Below are positions 46,921-57,016 of a stretch of DNA of 64,000 bases, one piece after another (within the stretch, counting starts at the first letter, position 1; each line of letters opens with the position of its first letter). Under the pieces are notes generated by a model. It made no database searches. It saw nothing but the letters and a program-made list of their open reading frames with translations, and was not told the origin of the DNA. The stretch lies in the NCBI GenBank assembly GCA_020848695.1, contig JADLHT010000061.1, forward strand, positions 35,788-99,787. The letters are read 5' to 3'. Source of the stretch: Saprospiraceae bacterium. GTDB lineage: Bacteria > Bacteroidota > Bacteroidia > Chitinophagales > Saprospiraceae. The position numbers and the translations under genes are program-made.

Positions 46921-47461
46921 TCATCCTCATTTGATTCTGATTGATCTTTGTCTTGGGTATTATTTTGATCTTCGGATTGATCATTACTTTGTGTTTCTAT
47001 TATCCTAAATGCAAATATATCTTGAGCGTTATTGATCTTCATAATCTGCTTATTGATCTCATTAATAGCATTTTTGTCAAGCTTTACTCGTTAATCTACA
47101 AAACAACGAAGGATTGAACGGTGGCTCGCTGTTAAAACTACTATAGCCGATGAAGAATTGCATTTTAATGTTCTTCAGAATTGCCGTAATGGAGTCTCTA
47201 TCACTTAGATCGTAAATATGCTTTAGGTCAAAGCTCCAAATACAACTCGAGTATTAATTTTACCAGCTCCAAAGGGTCTATTTCTTAATTTCTTTAGACA
47301 AGTGTCAACCAAAAGATCCCAAGGAATTGATTTAGCTAATACTACCCACCGATTCTTAGGATCAAGTTGCTGTTCAAATTGGGCCTCAAATCCAGGTATT
47401 TCTTTATTGTTGGGTTTTTATATTTGACCTTAGATGCACGAAATCTTTTTGTTATGGCCAT
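46921..47461 (-). pseudogene. Frameshifted N-terminal remnant of an IS5-like (DUF772 N-terminal domain) transposase; no DDE domain remains
   Basis: The minus-strand translation, after at least 3 frame changes, reads 'MAITKRFRASKVKYKNP', then 'PGFEAQFEQQLDPKNRWVVLAKSIPWDLL', then 'RVVFGAL', then 'LKHIYDLSDRDSITAILKNIKMQFFIGYSSFNSEPPFNPSLF', then 'KLDKNAINEINKQIMKI', then an acidic tract. This is the DUF772 pattern interrupted by stops. Confidence 0.75.
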
Positions 47462-47502
47462 TTTTCTTTACAGCTACTTGCATAAAGATACGTATTAATT
47501 GT

Positions 47503-47578
47503 CAGATTTTCAAATATTTACTTGTTAAAAAGCAAACCCTAATTAGCAGATTTTCAAATATTTAGTTGTTAAAAAGCA
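47503..47578. repeat. Tandem direct repeat, 2 x 32 bp (CAGATTTTCAAATATTTA[C/G]TTGTTAAAAAGCA) separated by 12 bp
   Basis: The copies at 47503-47534 and 47547-47578 differ at one position. They lie between the transposase-remnant start and susC. Confidence 0.85.
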
Positions 47579-47662
47579 TCCTTTAAATAATAATTAAATA
47601 TAAAAATTTATATAATATATAAAAGTTAAATTTAATAAATTATTAACTTTTTTTGCAAAAAA

Positions 47663-47693
47663 TTTGGGACAAAGAGAATTACCTCTATCTTTG
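47663..47693 (+). promoter_or_regulatory. Candidate Bacteroidota promoter for susC: -33 TTTG (47663-47666), 19-nt spacer, -7 TATCTTTG (47686-47693)
   Basis: It matches the TTTG / TAnnTTTG consensus and spacing, 42 nt upstream of the ATG at 47736. Confidence 0.45.
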
Positions 47694-47735
47694 GCATTCA
47701 CAATCTTTTTACTAAAAACAAAATCTAACCGTATT

Positions 47736-50700
47736 ATGAAGAAAGTGTTATTTACAGGTTTGGCCTTTCTGATGGCGCTGAGCTTTTCAGTCGCACAAAG
47801 GATGGTTAAAGGTACCGTCACCGACAAGAACGGACAGGCAATTATTGGTGCCAATGTAGTAGCCAAAGGTAGCAATGCAGGTACAGTTACTGACGTTAAT
47901 GGAGCTTATTCATTGAACGTACCAGCGGGAACAACAGCGTTGACCATAAGCTATACAGGGTATAATTCACAAGATATTACATTGGGTGCGAGCAATATGG
48001 TCGATGTCTCATTGTCTGAAGGACTTATACTTGGCGAAGCAGTTGTTACTGCGCTTGGAATTTCAAGAGATGAAAAGTCACTTACTTATGGTGTTTCCCG
48101 AGTACAGGGTCAGGAATTGGATGGCTCTGGTGAGGTAAATGCTATTCAAAGTTTGGCCGCAAAGGTCGCTGGAGTTCAGGTAATTGGATCCGGTGGTACG
48201 CCGGGTGCTTCCTCTAAAATTCTTATCAGAGGTAACAATACTTTTACCGGAAATAATCAACCCCTCATTGTTATTGATGGAATCCCTTATGACAATCAGA
48301 CAAATGGTTCAGTTGCAGGTGACTATCCATTTAATGCTAACCTAAGTGGGGTTAACAACTCTAATAGGGCGCTGGATCTTAATCCGGCAGATATTGAGTC
48401 TGTAAACGTATTAAAAGGTGTTGCAGCAGCTACACTTTATGGGACAAGAGCAGCCAATGGAGCCTTAGTTATTACAACCAAAAGAGGTAAAATTGGTCAG
48501 AAGAATTTTAATATTAACTTAGCTTCTTCGATTGATGTTGCTTCAGTTAATAAGTTACCTGAATTGCAATCCACTTACGGCATTGGAAGCGGAGGTGGAA
48601 GATTTGTTACCGGAAGTACTACTGAGGTAAATCCTGAAGGAACTGCTCCAACTAGTCCTACAGTAAACAGCTGGGGTCCTATTATACCAGCCGGAAAATC
48701 TTACGATAATTTAGATGCTTATTTCCAGAATGGTACAACTTTTGACAATGCGATTTCCATTTCAGGGGGAAACGATGTAGCCGCTTTAAGATTTTCATAT
48801 GGTAATACAGACCAAAAAGGTGTTGTTCCTAATACCTATCTTAAGAGAAATACTTTCAGCATCAATGCCAATTCATCAATTGGAAATCTGACGATAGGAG
48901 CTTTGATCAACTTTGCCAATACAAGGACAAATAAGTCACAAAATGGTAGCAACCTTTCAGGCGTTATGTTATCCTTAACTCGTATGCCAGCCGATTTCAA
49001 TTTATTGGGTGGAAATTCTCCTCTAGGTTATGAAAACCTTGATGGATCTCAACATACTTATTTTCCGGTATATGATAATCCATTATGGTCAGCAAATCAT
49101 AACACCCATAAAGACGAGATCAACAGGGTTACCATCGGATTTAATGCCGGATATAAATTCAACAGTTGGCTTAGACTTAACTGGAGATTAGGAACGGATA
49201 ATTATACCGATTACAGAAAACAAATTTTTGATATTTTGTCAAATGATCCACCTGAACCAATTGGTGAGATCTGGGAAGATACAAAGAGACACTCAGAGAT
49301 CAACAACGATATCATTCTTACATTCAGTCCGAAGTTAAGTAATAATTTAAGTACGTCTTTGGCAATAGGAAATAATCTAAATACCAGAAGGGACAACGAT
49401 CAGTTTTTCAGAGGTCGTGGACTTGGAGTACCGGGCTTCTTTAATATTTCGAATGCTTCTAATTTTTATGCTTCAGGATTTGAAATCCGAAAAAAACTTG
49501 CCGGAATTTTTGCCGATTTGAATTTAGGTTGGAAAGATTTCTTATTTGTTGACCTTGCAGCAAGAAACGACTATGCTTCAAGCTTTGGAGAAGCAAAAAG
49601 AGATAAAGGCTTCCTATATTCATCAGCTGGAGCCTCATTGGTATTTACAGAATTAATGAATTCTACAGGTGTTCTAGACTTTGGAAAGGTTAGATTCGCC
49701 TGGGGACAGGCTGGTATTGAACCTGCTGCTTATCAGACTAGGACTTATTTTAATCAACCTTTTATTACAGATGGTTTTACAGATGGACTTGGCTTCCCAT
49801 TTAACGGAGTAAATGGTTTTGGTTATTCTACTCAATTAGGAGATCCTGAGCTCGAGCCGGAAGTTGTAACAGGTATGGATGTTGGTTTTGATTTAAGGAT
49901 GTTTAAGAACAGACTCTCTTTAGGATTTACCTATTATACAAAAAAATCAACCAATCTATTAATTCAAAGACCAATTGCTTCTTCAACTGGATTTGACTTT
50001 ATTTATACCAATGGTGGAGAAATGGAGAATAAAGGAATCGAATTGGAATTAGGACTTGGTGTAATCAATGCAACAAATTTCAAATGGGATATTGCAGCTA
50101 ATTTCTCACAGAACAAGAATAAAGTTCTAAAACTGGCACCAGGAGTTGACGAAATAAATATTGAATCTGCATTTACTTCTATAGGTTCCTTTGCAATTAT
50201 TGATCAACCTTATGGTGCTTTATTTGCAACTCGTTGGGAAAGAAGTCCTGATGGACAGATTGTTGTTGGAGCTAATGGAAGACCAATTGTTTCAGCAACT
50301 ACAGGAAATATTGGAAATCCATTCCCTGACTGGATTGCTGGATTAAGAAATACATTTACCTGGAAGAATCTAAGCTTAACAGGTCTTTTAGACTTTAGAC
50401 AAGGCGGCGCATTGTGGAACGGAACTTATGCTAGATTGAATAGAATAGGCCGTACTCAAGAATCTGCAGATGACCGTGCAAAGGTATTTGTTGTGGATGG
50501 TGTTGTAAAAAATGCGGATGGTACTTATTCTAAGAATACAACTCCAATTGATGCCTTTACTTATTACAATGTTGTTGTAGGAGATGGTGCAGGATCAGCT
50601 ACTGAGAATTCGGTTTCTGAAGGATCTTGGATTAGATTGAGAGAATTAACTTTGTCTTATGCTTTAAAATGCTCACAAGACAAGTTGCTTAAAAATGCTT

Positions 50701-50861
50701 CTATCTATGTAACAGGAAGAAATCTTTGGCTTCAGACCGACTATAAGGGTGTTGATCCCGAGACTAGTTTGACTGGTGCAGCTTCCAATGTAAGTGGATT
50801 CGATTATTTCAATTTCCCTAGTACTAAATCCGTAATATTTGGATTTAATCTTGGGTTTTAA
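47736..50861 (+). CDS. SusC/RagA family TonB-linked outer membrane protein
   Basis: It has the signal peptide 'MKKVLFTGLAFLMALSFSVAQ' and the CarboxypepD_reg region 'VKGTVTDKNGQAIIGANVVAKGSNAGTVTDVNGAYSL'. The plug is 'NPADIESVNVLKGVAAATLYGTRAANGALVITTKRG', and it ends 'FGFNLGF'. The track ORF N-terminal extension (47664) was rejected. Confidence 0.9.
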   Translation: MKKVLFTGLAFLMALSFSVAQRMVKGTVTDKNGQAIIGANVVAKGSNAGTVTDVNGAYSLNVPAGTTALTISYTGYNSQDITLGASNMVDVSLSEGLILGEAVVTALGISRDEKSLTYGVSRVQGQELDGSGEVNAIQSLAAKVAGVQVIGSGGTPGASSKILIRGNNTFTGNNQPLIVIDGIPYDNQTNGSVAGDYPFNANLSGVNNSNRALDLNPADIESVNVLKGVAAATLYGTRAANGALVITTKRGKIGQKNFNINLASSIDVASVNKLPELQSTYGIGSGGGRFVTGSTTEVNPEGTAPTSPTVNSWGPIIPAGKSYDNLDAYFQNGTTFDNAISISGGNDVAALRFSYGNTDQKGVVPNTYLKRNTFSINANSSIGNLTIGALINFANTRTNKSQNGSNLSGVMLSLTRMPADFNLLGGNSPLGYENLDGSQHTYFPVYDNPLWSANHNTHKDEINRVTIGFNAGYKFNSWLRLNWRLGTDNYTDYRKQIFDILSNDPPEPIGEIWEDTKRHSEINNDIILTFSPKLSNNLSTSLAIGNNLNTRRDNDQFFRGRGLGVPGFFNISNASNFYASGFEIRKKLAGIFADLNLGWKDFLFVDLAARNDYASSFGEAKRDKGFLYSSAGASLVFTELMNSTGVLDFGKVRFAWGQAGIEPAAYQTRTYFNQPFITDGFTDGLGFPFNGVNGFGYSTQLGDPELEPEVVTGMDVGFDLRMFKNRLSLGFTYYTKKSTNLLIQRPIASSTGFDFIYTNGGEMENKGIELELGLGVINATNFKWDIAANFSQNKNKVLKLAPGVDEINIESAFTSIGSFAIIDQPYGALFATRWERSPDGQIVVGANGRPIVSATTGNIGNPFPDWIAGLRNTFTWKNLSLTGLLDFRQGGALWNGTYARLNRIGRTQESADDRAKVFVVDGVVKNADGTYSKNTTPIDAFTYYNVVVGDGAGSATENSVSEGSWIRLRELTLSYALKCSQDKLLKNASIYVTGRNLWLQTDYKGVDPETSLTGAASNVSGFDYFNFPSTKSVIFGFNLGF

Positions 50862-50881
50862 TTTTAAAATTGTTGAAGACT

Positions 50882-52222
50882 ATGAAAAATTTAAATAAAA
50901 TATTTTTAATATTATTGCTGGGTGTTTTTACATCCTGCGGTTCCTTTGTTGATGGATTGGAGGATTCACCTAACAGTCCCTCTGATGCATCCATTAATTT
51001 AATTTTACCTACAGTCGAGTTAAGCACCTTTTCGAATTATTCTGGTCAATTAGCTCGTATTACTTCTGTATTTATACAGACCCAAGAGGGAAAGCAATTT
51101 CAATTTGAAGATTTTGCAGGTTACAATATTAGCGAACTGGATGTTAATAATGAATGGGGTCAATTTTATAATGGCTGTATTTTAGAATGTGATGCAATCA
51201 TCTCTAAAGCGGGTGATGCCAATCCACATTATCGTGGAATTGCAAAAATTCTGAAGGCAATGAATCTGGGATTGGTCACAGATCTATGGGGAGATGTTCC
51301 TAATAGCGAAGCTGGTAAAGGCTTGCTAGGAGAGGCACATTATAATCCAAAGTTTGATTCTCAGGAAAGTATAATTGCAAATATTCAAAGTTTGTTATCC
51401 GAAGGTATTACAGATCTTTCGAATGCAAACGGAGGAACAATAGTTCCTGGTGCTGATGATCTCGCATTTGGTGGTAAGGTTGCAAATTGGATAACTGCCG
51501 CACATATACTAAAAGCAAGATATGCAATGCGAATAAGTAAAAGAGACGCTAACGCATCAACTAAAGCATTAGATCACGTTAATGCAGCCCTGACATCAGG
51601 GGCTTCACCTGCAAATGATCTGAACGCAGTATTTGGAGTTAATGGAAATGAACTAAACCAATGGTATGCCTTCAACTTTACCAGACAAGGTTATATCGAT
51701 ATGGGTGATGGTTTTGTGGATATGTTAACCACTTTGAACGATCCAAGATTATCATTCTATGGTTCAGATAAAGCAAAATCTGTAGGTCCATATTTTGGTC
51801 AAGAGAATTCTCCTGCACCAATGGTAACATTTGTAGAATTAAAGTTTATTGAAGCTGAAGCTGCATTTGCTAATGATAAAGCCAGATCTGCAACCGCTTT
51901 GAATGATGCAATTAAGGCGCATATAAAGCAGGTTACCGGAGCAGATGCTCCTCCTGCCTATGTTGCTGCAAATGCAAATTTTGATATTACTAATGTTACT
52001 CTGGAAGCAATTTACAGACAGAAATATATTGCATTGTTTACTCAAATTGAAGGATATAGTGACTGGAGAAGAACTGATTTTCCTGTACTTACTCCTAATG
52101 CGGGTGCAACACGCAATTATATTCCTGTAAGATTGCCGTTGGCACAGAATGAAAGACTTTACAATAACAATGCTCCTCAAACTCCTTTGGATCTTAATGT
52201 TCCGGTTTGGTGGGATAATTAA
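50882..52222 (+). CDS. SusD/RagB family nutrient-binding outer membrane lipoprotein (short, SusD-like_2 type)
   Basis: It has the lipobox 'GVFTSCGS', lies immediately downstream of susC, and has TPR-like helical content including 'LKARYAMR' and 'KFIEAEAAF'. Confidence 0.8.
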   Translation: MKNLNKIFLILLLGVFTSCGSFVDGLEDSPNSPSDASINLILPTVELSTFSNYSGQLARITSVFIQTQEGKQFQFEDFAGYNISELDVNNEWGQFYNGCILECDAIISKAGDANPHYRGIAKILKAMNLGLVTDLWGDVPNSEAGKGLLGEAHYNPKFDSQESIIANIQSLLSEGITDLSNANGGTIVPGADDLAFGGKVANWITAAHILKARYAMRISKRDANASTKALDHVNAALTSGASPANDLNAVFGVNGNELNQWYAFNFTRQGYIDMGDGFVDMLTTLNDPRLSFYGSDKAKSVGPYFGQENSPAPMVTFVELKFIEAEAAFANDKARSATALNDAIKAHIKQVTGADAPPAYVAANANFDITNVTLEAIYRQKYIALFTQIEGYSDWRRTDFPVLTPNAGATRNYIPVRLPLAQNERLYNNNAPQTPLDLNVPVWWDN

Positions 52223-52251
52223 TTGAAATAGACTGTTAAAAATCTAAATAC

Positions 52252-52287
52252 AATGGCGACATTAATTCTGTAATGTCGCCATTTTTT
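52252..52287 (+). terminator. Rho-independent terminator after the susD-like gene
   Basis: It has a perfect 13-bp stem, AATGGCGACATTA (52252-52264) pairing with TAATGTCGCCATT (52271-52283), and a 6-nt loop. A T-run follows. Confidence 0.8.
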
Positions 52288-52311
52288 ATAGTTGTAAAAT
52301 GTTAAATATCA

Positions 52312-53952
52312 ATGATCCGTTTTATGAATTATTTTAGTCTTCTTTTGTTCCTAATTTTTAGTTGTTTCAATATTTCTGCACAAAATCCTGTGCTTATAAA
52401 AGATAATCTTGTAGGAGAGAAAGATGGTTGTCCATTTTCAAGACCTGTCGATGATATACTTATCGCATATAAATCAAAAATATATCTTTCTGGAACAAAT
52501 CGATTTGCTGATTTTTCCACGGAGGGAGATTTCGAGCCATGGGTTTATGATCCATCAACAAATGAGCTTAGTTTGTTTGCACAATTGGTTCCTTTTAAGG
52601 GTTCTACACCTAATAAATTTTTTATTTCTGGGGATAAACTTTTTTTCGGAGCGAGAGACGAATTCTATCTCACGGATCAACTATATGTAACAGATGGAAA
52701 TCGAAACAATCTGATTAATCTCTGTGACAGCGCAATAAATCAATTTCGAGGAATGTTGGTTAGTCCTTCAAGAAACACAGTTGTGCCATTTAAGAATGGT
52801 GCTATTTTTAATGCATATGAAAACTTATCTTCATTTAGTTTGTGGTTTACTGACGGAACGAAGCAAGGAACCATTAGATTAAATAAAAATGGATTTTCAG
52901 ATAATTTTGTAGTTCATCCTAAATACAATGTTGTTGTTTTTACTCAGGATAACAAGTTTATGGTATCAGATGGAACAGTAGCTGGAACAAAAGTTTTGAA
53001 CGATCTGATCAATATAGTAGAAATAAATAGCAACTCGAATGCTATTGGCGTTTTCGGTGATCATTATATTTTTGAAGCTTTAGATGTGAGTACGGGTTCA
53101 TTTGGGGTCTTTGTTACAAAAGGGATTTCTAGTCAGTATACCAAGTTAATAGAATTTGACCTTAATTTGCCCAATTCCAGAAACATAACAACATTGCCAA
53201 ATGGTAACTGTATTTTTTCTACCAATAAAGGAATATTTATTACTGATGGAACCGCATCTGGCACAAAGAAAGTTCCCGGACTTGCAAGTTTTAATTTAAA
53301 CAATCCTTATTCAGACTTGTGGACGATCTACAAGTCTAACGCTTATTTTGCAGCTACTGATGTAAGCTCCGGCAAAGGGGTTGAGCTGTTTACCTCAGAT
53401 GGAACAGTTGAAGGAACAAAAATGCTGTCGGACATTAATCCAAACGGATCTTCAAATCCATCCAATTTTAAAGTTCATCAAGAATTATTGTTTTTCTCTG
53501 CAAACAATGGAACGCAGGGCAATGAACTTTGGTACACGGACGGCGCCAGCTCGGCAAGACTTACCGATATTAATTCCGGAAGTAAAGACAGTAATCCCAT
53601 GTTCCTGACTGGACTGGATAACAATCTTTATTTTACTGCGACAACAGATGCAGAGGGAAGAGAGTTATATAAATATTCGCTTTCAAAAGTCAATGTTGAA
53701 AATATTCGACTCCAGGATAATCAAAACATATATTATAATTCAAGTTCAGGGGAATTAATTCTTCCTGATAATGAAAGGATGAAGGGCTGTTCAGTTTTTA
53801 TCTATGATTTATTGGGCAGAAATATTTACTCAGTCAACCGATATACTGGAAATGTTAACCTGAAATCCTTAAATTTTTCATCCGGTAATTATATTGTATC
53901 TATTACTAAAAATGAAAAGATTTTATTCAATATACGATTTTCTATTCCCTAA
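52312..53952 (+). CDS. ELWxxDGT-repeat protein with T9SS C-terminal sorting domain
   Basis: The repeats include 'GNELWYTDG', 'GVELFTSDGTVEGTK', 'FITDGTASGTK', 'MVSDGTVAGTK' and 'WFTDGTKQGT'. The CTD-like end is 'VFIYDLLGRNIY...GNYIVSITKNE'. Confidence 0.8.
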   Translation: MIRFMNYFSLLLFLIFSCFNISAQNPVLIKDNLVGEKDGCPFSRPVDDILIAYKSKIYLSGTNRFADFSTEGDFEPWVYDPSTNELSLFAQLVPFKGSTPNKFFISGDKLFFGARDEFYLTDQLYVTDGNRNNLINLCDSAINQFRGMLVSPSRNTVVPFKNGAIFNAYENLSSFSLWFTDGTKQGTIRLNKNGFSDNFVVHPKYNVVVFTQDNKFMVSDGTVAGTKVLNDLINIVEINSNSNAIGVFGDHYIFEALDVSTGSFGVFVTKGISSQYTKLIEFDLNLPNSRNITTLPNGNCIFSTNKGIFITDGTASGTKKVPGLASFNLNNPYSDLWTIYKSNAYFAATDVSSGKGVELFTSDGTVEGTKMLSDINPNGSSNPSNFKVHQELLFFSANNGTQGNELWYTDGASSARLTDINSGSKDSNPMFLTGLDNNLYFTATTDAEGRELYKYSLSKVNVENIRLQDNQNIYYNSSSGELILPDNERMKGCSVFIYDLLGRNIYSVNRYTGNVNLKSLNFSSGNYIVSITKNEKILFNIRFSIP

Positions 53953-54020
53953 ACAGTGTCTTGTATTTTTGTGTGCATAACACCTGGAGATTTATTAACT
54001 TTACTTAATATTTTTAAATT

Positions 54021-55676
54021 ATGGAATCGCGACCTTGGTTAAAAAATTACCCTCCCGGAGTTCCCGCTAATATTGATCCTGAAAGATATTGCAGCCTCAT
54101 CGATTTTGCCGAAGAATCGATGCAGAAATATGCAAATCTGGTTGCTTTTAATTGTATGGATGTTGAGATCAGCTATAAACAACTTGACGAGTATTCAAGA
54201 AATTTTGGTGCTTACTTGTTCTCAAGAGGATTAAAACCTGGTGATCGTATTGCATTGATGATGCCAAATCTTTTACAATATCCAATTGCTGTATTTGGCT
54301 GTCTTAGGGCTGGTTTAATCATAGTGAATACAAATCCTTTGTATACCCCTCGTGAAATGGAGTATCAATTTGTAGATTCCGGTGTAAAAGGAATTGTTAT
54401 TGCTGAGAATTTTGCATCAAATCTTGAAAAAGTAATACCCAATACAAATATTGAAGTAATAATAACCACGAGTATCGGAGAATTGCTTGGTCCAGTAAAA
54501 GGTAGATTTGTTGATTTTGTAGTGAAATACATCAAAAGAATGATTCCAAAATTCAATTTGGTTAATACTGTGCGATTTAAGGATGCGTTATACCAGGGTA
54601 AAAAATTTACCTTACCTGTGTTCGAAAGGAAAAGAGAAGATGTTATAATTTTTCAATATACCGGCGGAACAACCGGGGTTAGTAAGGGAACGATGTTAAC
54701 TAATGCAAGTCTTTGTGCTAACGTCGAGCAAATTCGTGCAGTAATTTGCTTCAAGTTGAAAGAAGGCGTTGAGACCACTTTATCACCGCTTCCAATGTAT
54801 CATATTTTCGCTTTTGCAGTAAATGCACTGGCAATGATGAGCATTGGTGCGAGAACAATACTCATCGTAAATGCGCGGGATCTTAAATCTGTCTCAGCAC
54901 AATATAAAAAATATCGCATCAGTCTCATGACAGGTGTTAATACTTTGTATAAAGCATTATTGAATTTTCCAGGATTTGAAAAGAATGATTTTTCTGCTTT
55001 AAAGGTTTCAGTCGCTGGTGGTATGGCTCTTCAAAGTTCAGTAGCGGAACAATGGCAAAAGATTACTGGAAATGCATTGATTGAAGGATACGGATTAACC
55101 GAAACTTCACCGGTTGTTACATTAAATCCTTTAGACGGAACAGGGATAACTGGCTCCATAGGATTTCCACTGCCAAATACAGATATCAAATTAATTGATG
55201 AACAAGGAAATGAAGTTAAGATAGGAGAGCCCGGTGAAATTTTGGTTAAGGGTCCACAACTTATGAAAGGATACTACAACAAACCCGATGAAACCGCAAT
55301 CGCAATCAAAGATGGGTGGCTATATACTGGTGATATAGGAATTATGGATCAAAGTGGATTTTTTAAAATTGTAGATCGGAAAAAAGATATGATTTTAGTA
55401 TCCGGTTTTAATGTTTATCCTAATGAAATTGAAGACGTAATTACGTCTCATCCTAAAGTACTTGAAGCTGCTGCTGTTGGTTTGAAAGATGAGAAATGTG
55501 GTGAAGTAGTTAAGGCCTTTATCGTCAAAAAAGTTCAAAGTCTTACTGAAGATGAAATTTTAAAATTTTGTAAAGAAAGATTAACCAATTATAAGATGCC
55601 GCGAAAAATTGAATTTAGAGATTCTTTACCAAAATCTCCAATAGGCAAAGTATTAAGAAAGGAATTAAAAGAATAA
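54021..55676 (+). CDS. Long-chain fatty acid--CoA ligase (AMP-binding family)
   Basis: 'YTGGTTGVSKG', 'GYGLTETSP', 'GWLYTGDIG' and 'KMPRKIEFRDSLPKSPIGKVLRKEL' are present. Confidence 0.9.
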   Translation: MESRPWLKNYPPGVPANIDPERYCSLIDFAEESMQKYANLVAFNCMDVEISYKQLDEYSRNFGAYLFSRGLKPGDRIALMMPNLLQYPIAVFGCLRAGLIIVNTNPLYTPREMEYQFVDSGVKGIVIAENFASNLEKVIPNTNIEVIITTSIGELLGPVKGRFVDFVVKYIKRMIPKFNLVNTVRFKDALYQGKKFTLPVFERKREDVIIFQYTGGTTGVSKGTMLTNASLCANVEQIRAVICFKLKEGVETTLSPLPMYHIFAFAVNALAMMSIGARTILIVNARDLKSVSAQYKKYRISLMTGVNTLYKALLNFPGFEKNDFSALKVSVAGGMALQSSVAEQWQKITGNALIEGYGLTETSPVVTLNPLDGTGITGSIGFPLPNTDIKLIDEQGNEVKIGEPGEILVKGPQLMKGYYNKPDETAIAIKDGWLYTGDIGIMDQSGFFKIVDRKKDMILVSGFNVYPNEIEDVITSHPKVLEAAAVGLKDEKCGEVVKAFIVKKVQSLTEDEILKFCKERLTNYKMPRKIEFRDSLPKSPIGKVLRKELKE

Positions 55677-55733
55677 AATTGTATTATCGAATGATTAGAT
55701 TTTGTGATTAATCCATTGTAATTACTTTTGTGA

Positions 55734-57014
55734 ATGAAAGTAAAATTCAATGTCTTGCTAATTGGATCAGGCGGAAGAGAACACGCCATAGCCTGGAAAA
55801 TTAGCCAAAGCTCAAAGTTAAATAAACTGATCTGTATCCCAGGAAATCCGGGGATAAGCTCAATTGCAGAATGCATTAACTGTTCTCCGGATAATCATTT
55901 AGAAGTATTGAAAATTGTGGTTGAGTATAAGATCGATATCGTTGTTTGTGGACCTGAAGTTCCTTTGGCTAACGGAATTATGGATTTTCTCAAATACAAA
56001 GTTTCAGATTCCTGTATACTCATTGGTCCGGAACAATTGGGTGCTCAATTAGAGTCTAGTAAGAGATTCTCAAAAGAATTTATGCTTAGACATAAAATCC
56101 CAACAGCATCTTATCAATCATTTAATCTTGCACAGCTATCAGACGCAAAGAAATTTATTCAATCTATGAATACTCCTATCGTGTTAAAAGCAGATGGACT
56201 TGCGGCTGGTAAGGGAGTAATCATCTGTAAGGATCATACACAAGCCAATAACGAGATTGAGGAAATGTTAAATGGAAAATTTGGTGAGGCATCAACAGAA
56301 GTTGTTATTGAAGAATTTCTGAAAGGCATAGAATTTTCTTACTTTGTATTAACTGATGGGAATGAATTTATAGAGCTGCCAGAAGCCAAGGATTATAAAA
56401 GAATTGGTGAACAGGATACAGGATTGAATACGGGTGGAATGGGTTCAATTTCTCCGGTGAGTTTCGTGGATGATCAGTTAAGAGAAAAAGTTCGTATAAA
56501 GATTATTAATCCAACTATTCAGGGATTAAAGAAGGAAAATATTCCTTATCAGGGATTTATATTTTTTGGATTAATAAAAGTTGAGAATGAACCATATGTT
56601 ATTGAATACAATTGCCGCTTGGGTGATCCTGAGACAGAATCGATAATGTTGAGGATTAAGAATGATTTAATTGACCTTTTTGTAGCCTGTGGGAATAATC
56701 AATTAGGTACTGTTAAAATGGAATTTAATAATGAATTTGCAGCAACAGTTTTTTTAGTAAGTAAAGGTTATCCCGGAGAAATTGAAAAAGATAAGATGAT
56801 CTCTAATTATAACTTAGATAATTATTCATCCAAAGTATTTCATGCAGGAACAAGATACGCTGAAGAGAAATTACTAACCCAAGGCGGACGTGTTATCGCA
56901 ATAAGTTCATTGGCGAGTACAAAACAAGAAGCTGTGGCATTAAGTCTGGATCTGGCAGAAAAGATTCAATATGATGGAAAATATTATAGAAGAGACATCG
57001 GATTTGATTTGTAA
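55734..57014 (+). CDS. purD: Phosphoribosylamine--glycine ligase
   Basis: 'VLLIGSGGREHAIAWK', 'ADGLAAGKGV' and 'VIEYNCRLGDPE' are present. Confidence 0.95.
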   Translation: MKVKFNVLLIGSGGREHAIAWKISQSSKLNKLICIPGNPGISSIAECINCSPDNHLEVLKIVVEYKIDIVVCGPEVPLANGIMDFLKYKVSDSCILIGPEQLGAQLESSKRFSKEFMLRHKIPTASYQSFNLAQLSDAKKFIQSMNTPIVLKADGLAAGKGVIICKDHTQANNEIEEMLNGKFGEASTEVVIEEFLKGIEFSYFVLTDGNEFIELPEAKDYKRIGEQDTGLNTGGMGSISPVSFVDDQLREKVRIKIINPTIQGLKKENIPYQGFIFFGLIKVENEPYVIEYNCRLGDPETESIMLRIKNDLIDLFVACGNNQLGTVKMEFNNEFAATVFLVSKGYPGEIEKDKMISNYNLDNYSSKVFHAGTRYAEEKLLTQGGRVIAISSLASTKQEAVALSLDLAEKIQYDGKYYRRDIGFDL

Positions 57015-57016
57015 AG

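Noticed and set aside
47594-47875. A 93-aa minus-strand ORF spanning the susC promoter and start.
   Set aside because: It overlaps the well-supported susC signal peptide and N-terminal domain on the opposite strand. Its product is AT-rich and hydrophobic with no motif support.
55723-55730. A TACTTTTG (TAnnTTTG) match upstream of purD.
   Set aside because: It ends only 3 nt before the ATG, too close to serve as a -7 element for this start unless the mRNA is leaderless. It is probably a chance match.
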